A program made the translations under genes and the position numbers. A stretch of 64,000 nucleotides of DNA from Macrostomum lignano (lineage: Eukaryota). The stretch spans positions 124,001 through 188,000 of the forward strand of contig NIVC01002094.1 in NCBI GenBank assembly GCA_002269645.1. Direction: 5' to 3'. The notes beneath the pieces were generated by a model. The model did not search any database. It was not told the origin of the DNA and saw nothing but the letters and a program-made list of their open reading frames with translations. Positions 24,910 to 35,011 of this stretch are shown here, in pieces; positions within the stretch are counted from its first letter, which is position 1, and every line of letters begins with the position of its first letter.

Positions 24910-25689
24910 TCAACCAAACCGACGCAGAGCGAACTTCAACCCGAACCAGACAATCGCCCCAGCAACCGAGCAGACAGCCAAATTAGTAGTGACACTGGCC
25001 ATATCGATGAAGTGAGCAAAGAACACAAACTCATTAGTGTCTTTAATATGTGGAAACGGTCGATCGGGCACAGGTACACCCAGGTAGCTGCACAGAGGCT
25101 CCCAACCATCGGTGACTCGATAGATCAACAGTCGATCTTTAGGAATCGTTCTTTGTACAGCTTCAGCATGCCGTTCAAAAGCAGCGGTCATCTCCTCTTC
25201 AGTCATGTCAAAATTAAACACGAATCTAGATTGAAATATAGCATCGTGTAACAGTTGGAAGTAGCTGAGATCCCACAGCCACCGAGTCAAAGGTAACATC
25301 CGGCCCACAGCTCGATAGACACGACCAATAGTGAGTTTCATGCTATTCGACCAACGCTTGGGATCGCGAAGGCTTAAAATGAACTTCGCCTCGGGATAAA
25401 TCTGCGCCAACTCGGCGTAAAACATTGCCGTAGGAAAATCTGCTGCCGCAACAAAACCGTCAAATATTTGATCGGCTAGTTCTTTAGTCAGGCCCTGAGT
25501 AGCGGCTTTGTGCCACAGTTTGAAATGATCCCGCCTCTCAGACATTATCACCTGCATGTGATAGCAACGACCGTTTAGAAGTCTCTCCAAGGCTTTCATC
25601 TGCGAATTGGTGCCAGTTCGCATCAGGCCTGTGCATATCACTTTTGGCCCACCCTGCGACTGCTCACTTTGAGTATCCGGTTCTGTCAT
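24910..25689 (-). CDS. Sulfotransferase (SULT-OR-like) copy 5, tail-anchored
   Basis: Contains GLMRTGTNSQMKALE, AADFP, LRDPKRW and GWEPLCSYL, and a hydrophobic C-tail followed by RR. Confidence 0.88.
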   Translation of the reverse strand: MTEPDTQSEQSQGGPKVICTGLMRTGTNSQMKALERLLNGRCYHMQVIMSERRDHFKLWHKAATQGLTKELADQIFDGFVAAADFPTAMFYAELAQIYPEAKFILSLRDPKRWSNSMKLTIGRVYRAVGRMLPLTRWLWDLSYFQLLHDAIFQSRFVFNFDMTEEEMTAAFERHAEAVQRTIPKDRLLIYRVTDGWEPLCSYLGVPVPDRPFPHIKDTNEFVFFAHFIDMASVTTNLAVCSVAGAIVWFGLKFALRRFG

Positions 25690-25879
25690 GAGTAGTTTCG
25701 ATTTTTTTATTGCTGGTCTGCTTTTGATTTGCTGAAATAGAGGTTTATATATTGTTTAGGGAATTTTGTGAAGAAACAAAAAAGACCATCCTTTATGAAC
25801 AAAAATAAATGGTAATTAGACTCTTGTGGGAAATTAGACGATACTTTTGAGGGAAATAAGAGACTCTTTATGGCGAATT

Positions 25880-26610
25880 AGAGGACACTATTGAGGGGAG
25901 TTAGAGGAGACTCTTGAAGGGAATTAGAGGAGACTCTTGAGGGGAATTAGAGGAGACTCTTGAAGGGAATTAGAGGAGACTCTTGAGGAGAATTAGAGGA
26001 CACTATTGATGGGAATTAGAGGAGACTCTTGAGGAGAATTAGAGGACACTATTGATGGGAATTAGAGGAGACTCTTGAGAGGAATTAGAGGAGACTCTTG
26101 AGGGGAATTAGAGGAGACTCTTAAGGAGAATTAGATGAGAATCTTGAGGGGAATTAGAGGAGACTCTTGAGGAGAATTAGAGGACACCATTGAGGGGAAT
26201 TAGAGGAGACTCTTGGGAGGAATTAGAGGAGACTCTTGAGGGGAATTAGAGGAGACTCTTAAGGAGAATTAGATGAGAATCTTGAGGGGAATTAGAGGAG
26301 ACTCTTGATGGGAATTAGAAGAATCTCTTGAGGGGAATTAGAGGACACTATTTAGGGGAATTAGAGGAGACTCTTGAGGGGAATTAGAGGACACTATTGA
26401 TGGGAATTAGAGGAGACTCTTGAGGGGAATTAGAGGACACTATTGATGGGAATTAGAGGAGACTCTTGAGGGGAATTAGAGGAGAATCTTGAGAGGAATT
26501 AGACGGCACTATTTAGGGGAATTAGAGGAGACTCTTGAGGGAAATTAGGAAACTTTCAAGGAGAATTAGAGGAGGCTCTTAAATGAATTAGAGACACTAG
26601 AGAGGAATTA
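25880..26610. repeat. 23-bp minisatellite (GAGGGGAATTAGAGGAGACTCTT)n
   Basis: Tandem units read directly. Confidence 0.92.
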
Positions 26611-26828
26611 TGAATGTCCATCGATGGAAATCAGAGGATTGACATAGTGAAAATACTAAAATAATGTTTACAATAATAAAGCTCATATGTTATCGACGTG
26701 ATAAAGGCTGTTGAAAAATTATTTATTCAAAAAAATAATCAGTTAAGATTTTAAAACTCCTATCAATAACTATAAAAAATGAATAATTATTGCATTGAGT
26801 TAATTGCACAAAAATTCAATTGAGATTG

Positions 26829-27623
26829 CTAGCTCTGAGCACAGGTAGAGGACCGCAGCAAGTATTTAACACCAACCCAGACACCTCCAAAGACAGCTGA
26901 ACAAACTGCTAAATTAAGCAGAGGCCCGACAATCTTGAGCCCGACAATTGTTTCTAAGAATCGTTTCGTATCGTTCAGATGAGGAAACGGTTCGTTCGAA
27001 GGCACGGGCAGCTCCAGGAACTTACACAACGGTTCCCAACCGTCTGACACTCGAAATATCAACAGTCTCTCCTTCGGTATGGTTCGAATCACTGTCTCAT
27101 TGTGACGGTTGAATGCTTCGATCATTTCCGCATCAGACATGTCAAAATTGAAGCCCAAACGAGAGCCCAGCACAGCGTCACTCAGAGGCAAGTAGTGAGA
27201 CAGCCCCAGAAGCCATCGCACTGGCGGTAGCATGTACTCAACTGTCAATTTAGACTGCAGAATGGTAGCCCGGACACTTCTCACCCAATCAATTGGATCG
27301 CGAATGCTCAGTACAAACTTGGCGTCAGGATAAATCTGCATCAATTCTTTGTAGAAATGAGCAGCTGGAAAGTCTGTACAAGCCAGAAAGTCGTCAAATA
27401 TTTCCTCAGCCAATTCTTTGCTCAAGCCTTGGATAGCAGCTCGATGCCACAGCTGCAGATGTGACAGCTTCTCTTCCATCACAATGTCCATATGATAGCA
27501 GCGGCCGCCAAGCAGCATCTCCAGCGCCTTCATCTGCGAATTGGTGCCAGTTCGCATCAGGCCAGCGCCAATCACACGAAGACCAGCTGAAGATTTGTTT
27601 TTCCTACTAGCAGCAGAAGACAT
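26829..27623 (-). CDS. Sulfotransferase (SULT-OR-like) copy 6, tail-anchored
   Basis: Contains VIGAGLMRTGTNSQMKALE, CTDFP, IRDPIDW and GWEPLCKFL, and a hydrophobic C-tail. Confidence 0.88.
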   Translation of the reverse strand: MSSAASRKNKSSAGLRVIGAGLMRTGTNSQMKALEMLLGGRCYHMDIVMEEKLSHLQLWHRAAIQGLSKELAEEIFDDFLACTDFPAAHFYKELMQIYPDAKFVLSIRDPIDWVRSVRATILQSKLTVEYMLPPVRWLLGLSHYLPLSDAVLGSRLGFNFDMSDAEMIEAFNRHNETVIRTIPKERLLIFRVSDGWEPLCKFLELPVPSNEPFPHLNDTKRFLETIVGLKIVGPLLNLAVCSAVFGGVWVGVKYLLRSSTCAQS

Positions 27624-28154
27624 CAGTTTTGCCTGATTTAATGTTCTTTTTCAGAAACTGTAATTTGAGATTTTTTGTCGCTATTGGTGTTAAAATTTCA
27701 CGTGAAGTTGGTGAATTTCGAATCGTGTTAGATGGGATCGCTCACTAAACTTCTCAGTACATAAATTATGTATTTCAATTTCAAGTCCCTTTTTCTGGAT
27801 GGGGTATTACTTCAGAATTGAAACTTAACAAAGTTATTGCTAATAACCTATAAAGAGTCTTGCAGAAGGCATAATGTGGCAGAAATATTAGATATAATTG
27901 CTCTCAAATGAATATTTAATTTTGTTTTCTCTGTTATTCTGGAAAAAGTACGATATGGCTGCAACTACAAAAGTATCATCAACTAACTACTAACGAGTTT
28001 GTGTAGTACATGGATTGTAATAATTAAATGTTACTCATTACCTTGTATATCATCAATAAATGCCTGTACAATGACTTGAACTGAGTATGGATAAACTAGA
28101 ATAAAAATTTCTATTTATTGGATAGATAGAAATTGACCCACTCGGAACAATTTA

Positions 28155-28370
28155 TGTCCTTGAGCAAGACACTTAACTCTGCATTGCTTCAGTTCACTCA
28201 GCTGTAAAATGGGTGCAAAACTGGGCGACCCCCCCCCCCCCAGTCCTTGGATTGAACAGCCGTACGCAGCCTTCAGATGCGCCGCGCAACAGCTGCGGCT
28301 GAGCTGTCGGTTGCAAACTTGCCCATCAAGACAGGTGTAATCTGTTATTATTATAATTATAATTGTTATT
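28155..28370 (+). mobile_element. 5'-truncated SINE fragment with a CORE/MIR-like central domain and (TTA)n tail
   Basis: CCTTGAGCAAGACACTTAAC..CAGTT..TCAGCTGTAAAATGGG resembles the CORE-SINE consensus as recalled, and the element ends in TTATTATTATAATT. No tRNA head is visible. Confidence 0.5.
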
Positions 28371-29324
28371 TTTATCTATTAGATTCTAAAAAATAGTAAT
28401 AATAGCATCTAAAATCAGATTTCATCACTGAATGTCTACTTCACGTGGACAGTGACCCTTAATTGGTTTTGAACTTGTTATAGAAAAATTGGACAAGTGG
28501 ATAAGTTATCTAATCTATCACTAAATCAATCAATCAAAATAAAGGAAAATAAGCGCAAGTCAAATAAAAGAGAAAACAGAAAAGTGATGCATATTTTTTT
28601 ATTTTTAGATGCAAATAAACTACACCTAATTCTATAACACATATATATATATTATCCAATGGGTAATTATACAATTATTACACAGGTAAAGACAGTCACG
28701 TGTTAGTAAATTCATAGCTCCTCTAGTTTAGTTTTAAAGATAGAATAAGGAGAAACAGCAAAACACTTAGTCAAGATAATAATATAGATATAGCCTAAAC
28801 TAAGGTCGATTTTTTTACACAAGAAATACTTTTGCCCCAAAATAAAAACTCTACTAATAGTAATGGTATCATCGCGTGTTACTATTCAAATTAAATTAAT
28901 TCCTGTTACACGTAGATCGGGGGGGGATTTCACAGCAGCCACTTGTCGACTGGCTCTCATGGACCAGCTGGGAACCAACAATCGAAATCCAGCGTTTGTT
29001 TTATTTTGAGTCGCCCCAGAGTAGTTTCGGAGTCGTTACAGGTAACATAGGTAAACTAGGAAAGAAGCGACTCTAGACGACTCTGGGGACCGTAGGGTCG
29101 GTATCGAAGGCGTGCCAGAGTCTATAACAACTCTATTTAGAGTACAATTGGATTTAGTAGAAAGTTGAGCGCCAACCCAGACTTAAGCATCTAGGTTATT
29201 TATTATTTTTTAAAAATCTGAGACTACCCTTGCAGCTAAAACCAACAAAACACGCATGCTAAAGTCCACCCTAAAATATTGTTTTTAGTATCGTATTTTC
29301 AGTTTTAAAACTCTTTTTTTAAGT

Positions 29325-32300
29325 TCAGTGCCGACCAGAAGCGGCTGCAGACTGGCTGCTTCCGGTTTTGGTGCTATTTTTAGCAGCAAATTCGGCCATT
29401 CTCCGCTCCAGTTCCGGCCGGAAGTGCCGGATGAGGCCCTGGGCTGGCCAAGCGGCTCCGTCCCCAAGGGCGCAGATTGTGTGGCCTTCAATCTGCTTGG
29501 ACACCTCCCACAGCAGGTCGATCTCCTCCGGGCGGGCGTCCCCGGTGACAAAGCGATTGGTTAATCGCATCATCCAGCCGGTGCCCTCCCGGCAGGGTGT
29601 GCATTGGCCGCAGCTCTCGTGCTTGTAGAAGTCCATCAGGCGGGCGATGCATTTCACAACATCAGCCTGCTTGTTCATCACGATTAGGGCGGCTGTGCCT
29701 GCGGGGGGGGGCAGTTCACGTTGGTTAGGATTAGGGATAATTTTACAATGATGATTAGTGACGATTCTTAGGGTGGATTAGTGACGATTCTTAGGGTGGA
29801 TTAGTGACGATTCTTAGGGTGGATTAGTGACGATTCTTAGGTGGATTAGTGACGATTCTTAGGGTGGATTAGTGACGATTCTTAGGGTGGATTAGTGACG
29901 ATTCTTATGGTGGATTAGTGACGATTCTTATGGTGGATTAGTGACGATTCTTATAAGGGGTGGATTAGTGACGATTCTTATAAGGGGTGGATTAGTGACG
30001 ATTCTTATAAAAGGCGGATTAACAACAATCCCGAGAGGTGGATTAACGACAATCCTGAGAAGCGGATTAACGACAATCCTGAGTGGCGGATTAACGACAA
30101 TCCTGAGGCGGATTGGCGACAATCCTGAGAGGCGCCTCAAAGACGCACCAATGCACCGTGAACGTGAACTCACCCAGAGCAGTCTGAGCCTGAACCAGCG
30201 AGTCGAAGTCCATCAGCACAGTGTCGCACACATTCTTAGGAATCAGCGGAGTGGAGCTGCCGCCCGGGATCACGGCCAGCAGGTTGTCCCAGCCGCCAAT
30301 GACGCCACCGGCGTGCCGCTCGATCAGCTCCTTCATGGTGATGGACATCTCCTCCTCCACTGTGCAGGGATTGTTGACGTGCCCGGAGATGTTGAACAGT
30401 TTCGTGCCGCGATTGCGATCCCGACCGAAGCTGGCGAACCAGGCGCCCCCGCGTCGGCAGACGGTCGGCGCCGCGGCGATGGTCTCGACGTTGTTTACCG
30501 TGGTCGGACAGCCGAACACGCCGACATCGGCTGGAAACGGCGGCTTCAGACGCGGCTTGCCGGCTTTGCCTTCCAGAGATTCAATCAGCGAAGTCTCCTC
30601 GCCGCAGATGTAGGCGCCGGCGCCGCGGTGCACGTAGATGTCGTAGTCATAGCCGCTGCCGCAGGCGTTCTTGCCGAGGAAGCCGGCGTCGTAGGCTTCG
30701 TTGATGGCGGCCTGGGGAAAAGGTTGAGACGGAAGGGTTGATCACTCTATCAATTCGTCTATTGATCACTCTATCAATTCGTCTATTGATCACTCTATCA
30801 ATTCGTCTATTGATCACTCTATCAATTCGTCTATTGATCACTCTATCAATTCGTCTATTGATCACTCTATCAATTCGTCTATTGATCAATCTATCAATTC
30901 GTCTATTGATCACTCTATCAATTCGTCTATTAATCACTCTATCAATTCGTCTATTGATCAATCTATCAATTCGTCTATTGATCACTCTATCAATTCATCT
31001 ATTGATCAATCTATCAATTCGTCTATTGATCACTCTATCAATTCATCCATTCATCAATCTATCAATTCATCTATTGATCAATCTATCAATCAATTCGTCT
31101 ATAAATCAATCTATCAATTCGTCTATTGATCACTTTATCAATTCATCCATTCATCAATCTATCAATTCATCTATTGATCAATCTATCAATCAATTCGTCT
31201 ATAAATCAATCTATCAATTCGTCTATTGATCACTCCATCAATTCGTCTATTGATCAATCTATCAATTCGTCTATTAATAAATCTATCAATTCATCTATTT
31301 ATCAATCTATCAATTCATCTATTGATCAATCTATCAATTCATCTATTTATCACTCTATCAATTCGTCTATTGATCACTCTATCAATTCGTCTATTGATCA
31401 CTCTATCAATTCGTCTATTGATCAATCTATCAATTCGTCTATTGATCACTCTATCAATTCATCTATTGATCAATCTATCAATTCGTCTATTGATCACTCT
31501 ATCAATTCGTCTATTGATCACTCTATCAATTCGTCTATTGATCACTCTATCAATTCGTCTATTGATCACTCTATCAATTCGTCTATTGATCACTCTATTA
31601 ATTCGTCTATTGATCACTCTATCAATTCGTCTATTGATCACTCTATCAATTCGTCTATTGATCACTCTATTAATTCGTTTATTGATCACTCTATCAATTC
31701 GTCTATTGATCACTCTATCAATTCGTCTATTGATCAATCTATCAATTCGTCTATTGATCAATCTATCAATTCGTCTATTGATCACTCTATCAATTCGTCT
31801 ATTGATCACTCTATCAATTCGTCTATTGATCACTCTATCAATTCGTCTATTGATCAATCTATCAATTCGTCTATGGATCACTCTATCAATTCGTCTATTG
31901 ATCAATCTATCAATTCGTCTATTGATCAATCTATCAATTCGTCTATTGATCACTCTATTAATTCGTCTATTGATCACTCTATCAATTCGTCTATTGATCA
32001 CTCTATCAATTCGTCTATTGATCACTCTATCAATTCGTCTATTGATCACTCTATCAATTCGTCTATTGATCACTCTATCAATTCGTCTATTGATCACTCT
32101 ATCAATTCGTCTATTGATCACTCTATCAATTAGTCTATTGATCACTCTATCAATTCGTCTATTGATCACTCTATTAATTCGTCTATTGATCACTCTATCA
32201 ATTCGTCTATTGATCAATCTATCAATTCGTCTATTGATCAATCTATCAATTCGTCTATTGATCACTCTATCAATTCGTCTATTGATCAATCTATCAATTC

Positions 32301-33520
32301 GTCTATTGATCACTCTATTAATTCGTCTATTGATCACTCTATCAATTCGTCTATTGATCACTCTATCAATTAGTCTATTGATCACTCTATCAATTCGTCT
32401 ATTGATCAATCTATCAATTCGTCTATTGATCACTCTATCAATTCGTCTATTGATCACTCTATCAATTCGTCTATTGATCAATCTATCAATTCGTCTATTG
32501 ATCAATCTATTAATTCGTCTATTGATCACTCTATCAATTCGTCTATTGATCACTCTATCAATTCATCTATTGATCACTCTATCAATTCGTCTATTGATCA
32601 ATCTATCAATTCGGCTATTGATCAATCTATCAATCAATTCGTCTATTGATCAATCTATCAATTCGTCTATTGATAAATCTATCAATTCGTCTATTGATCA
32701 CTCTATCAATCAATTCGTCTATAAATCAATCTATCAATTCGTCTATTGATAAATCTATCAATTCGTCTATTGATAAATCTATCAATTCTTTAGTCGACTG
32801 ATCAATCTATCAATTCTTTAGTCGATTGATCAATCTAGACTATCAATTCATCCATTCATCAATCTAACAATTCATCTAATGATCAATCTATCAATTCTCT
32901 AGTTGATTGATCAATCTATCAATGTATCTATTGATCACTACTAATACAACGGAATCTGTTCCAATCAATTAATTAGTTAATAATCTCACCTGCAGAGTGC
33001 AGGCCTCCCTATAGAACTCGCCCCGAATGTAGATATAAGCCGCCCTGGCTCCCATAGCAACGCCGGAAACGAGGCAGCCCTCAACCAGAGTGTGCGGATC
33101 GTGCCGCATGATCTCCCGGTCTTTGCAGGTGCCAGGCTCTCCCTCATCAGCATTGACAACCAGATACCTGGGCCGGCCATCGTCCGGCTTGTGCATAAAC
33201 GACCATTTCAAACCGGTTGGAAAGCCGGCTCCGCCCCGGCCGCGCATGCCGCTAACCTTCATCTCGTTAGTAATCCAGTCCCGGCCCTTCAGCACAATCT
33301 CTTTAGTCTTGTACCAGTGCCCGCGAGACATGGCCGCCTTCAGGCGCCAGTCGTGCCGACCGTACAGATTAGTGAAGATTCGATCCTCGTCTTTCAGCGG
33401 ACCGAACACCGTCTTCTCTTGCTTTGGCGGCGGCGGAGGCGGTGCTGCCGCGCCTGCCGACAGCTGACGGAGAGGCAGGCGCATCAACGAAGATGAAGAC
33501 GCTTGGAAGCTGCGAAGCAT
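29325..33520 (-). CDS. NDUFV1: Complex I 51-kDa flavoprotein subunit, 480 aa; exons 33520-32990, 30711-30174, 29698-29325
   Basis: Contains [47 protein letters not shown] and the Fe-S motif [24 protein letters not shown] junctions give consistent phases (0, 1). Confidence 0.97.
29752..30130. repeat. 23-24 bp minisatellite filling NDUFV1 intron 2 (GGATTAGTGACGATTCTTAGGGT)
   Basis: Read directly. Confidence 0.9.
30737..32940. repeat. 24-bp minisatellite filling NDUFV1 intron 1 (ATCAATTCGTCTATTGATCACTCT)n
   Basis: About 90 units; begins about 25 bp from the acceptor. Confidence 0.96.
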
Positions 33521-33594
33521 ATTCTTGCTGTTGACTAAAGCACAATTTAACAATTAATTTCTTTTAAATATAGGCGATAACTCGCATAAATGAA

Positions 33595-33805
33595 GACATT
33601 GTCAGGGTGGCGATTCTCCATGGCATTGTCAGGTGGCGATTCTTAATGGCATTGTCAGGTGGCGATTCTTAATGGCATTGTCAGGGTGGGGATTTTCAAT
33701 GACATTGTCAGGGTGGCGATTCTCAATGGCATTGTCAGGTGCCGATTCTTAATGGCATTGTCAGGGTGGCGATTCTCAATGGCATTGTCAGGGTGGCGAT
33801 TCCTA
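33595..33805. repeat. 27-bp tandem repeat upstream of NDUFV1 (GTCAGGGTGGCGATTCTTAATGGCATT)
   Basis: About 7-8 units read directly. Confidence 0.9.
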
Positions 33806-35011
33806 AATATAGAGCTATTTAGAGACTGTTTTGGGGGCGATTTCACAAGCGGAGGTGTAAACAAATCTTCAATTAAAAAACAAAAGAAACACGGGAATTT
33901 CAAACAGATTAATAATGAAGGCTAAACTATAAAAGGTCAATAAGGTTGTAAATCATATCTTATCGCTTTTTTAGCATGAATACACAGCCAAAGGAATGAA
34001 TTTACAGATTAGATCATATCGTACAGAATTACAGGAATACAGTGAAATTTCCTACTAAAATATAAGCTAATATTAATTATTTTGATTTGAATTTAAACAC
34101 GCCATAAAAGCCGGAGATATGGTATGCACTAAGCAAAGTAGATATTTAAAGGAGCTTCAAGTGCTACTACGAGATACCCCTAGCAACCTGAAAGTTGATT
34201 GAAAGACATTGTACTTTCGTTTTATGGATACTTAAACAGTAGAAATTCTGTAATATTTTACGTATAAAATTAAAAATAATCCTAATTTATTAGTTACACT
34301 ACTTATAGTAGAAATATAAGAAAAATATTGGGTAATTAATAATAAAAACAATGCAAATACTTGATACTATCTACTAGTAGTAAAACTATTAGTTCAATGT
34401 TATTATATTTTTTACAATTTTTCAGCTGTAGACTTTTGCCTACATACCATACCTCCAGCGTTACTTCTTGACAAATCAGAATTAAAAATCGACAATAAAA
34501 ATGGTAAATATAGTGAGTTAGGACATTAAAGTCCAAGCAATTCAATCATATCGTAACAGCCTCATTTACGCATGTATATATTGGTAAGAAATACATCAAT
34601 AAATATGTTTGTATATAATATAATAAAACATGGTCAATAATAAAAATATGTAATTAATATTACATACAACGCAATCGGTCCAAGTGGAATGGAAGAGCTT
34701 AATTTAAAAAAGGAATTGAAGCATTTTGGATTTGGTAAAAATTCGATGTAAAAAGGACAGAGCTTTTTTTATAATAACAAACTTGGTCGCGAATGAAACA
34801 ACAGAAAAAACACGGTTTTACTGAATGAAACAGACAAATACTACTTGAAGTAGTGCTTTTTAGAGCCGCGTTGGAAAACACCGTTTCCAATGGTTTGTTA
34901 AAACGAAAACAAATTTAAAAAACCAGTAAACTTAAAAACACAAAAAATGTTCCTGGAAGACACGTAAACACTGTAAAGGCTCATTCGCCTAAATATAACA
35001 TCATAGTTGCC

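Noticed and set aside
12803-27623. Horizontal transfer or bacterial contamination as the source of the intronless sulfotransferases
   Set aside because: The genes are interleaved with host-type minisatellites and have acceptor sites upstream, and animal homologues are known. Origin cannot be judged without a phylogeny.
29752-29930. TTAGGG within the repeat, suggesting interstitial telomere
   Set aside because: It is a single hexamer inside a 23-bp unit, not tandem TTAGGG.
29941-33496. Plus-strand ORFs antisense to NDUFV1 exons, and I/N/R/S-rich ORFs of 335-507 aa
   Set aside because: These are shadows of GC-rich codon usage and of the 24-bp intronic repeat.
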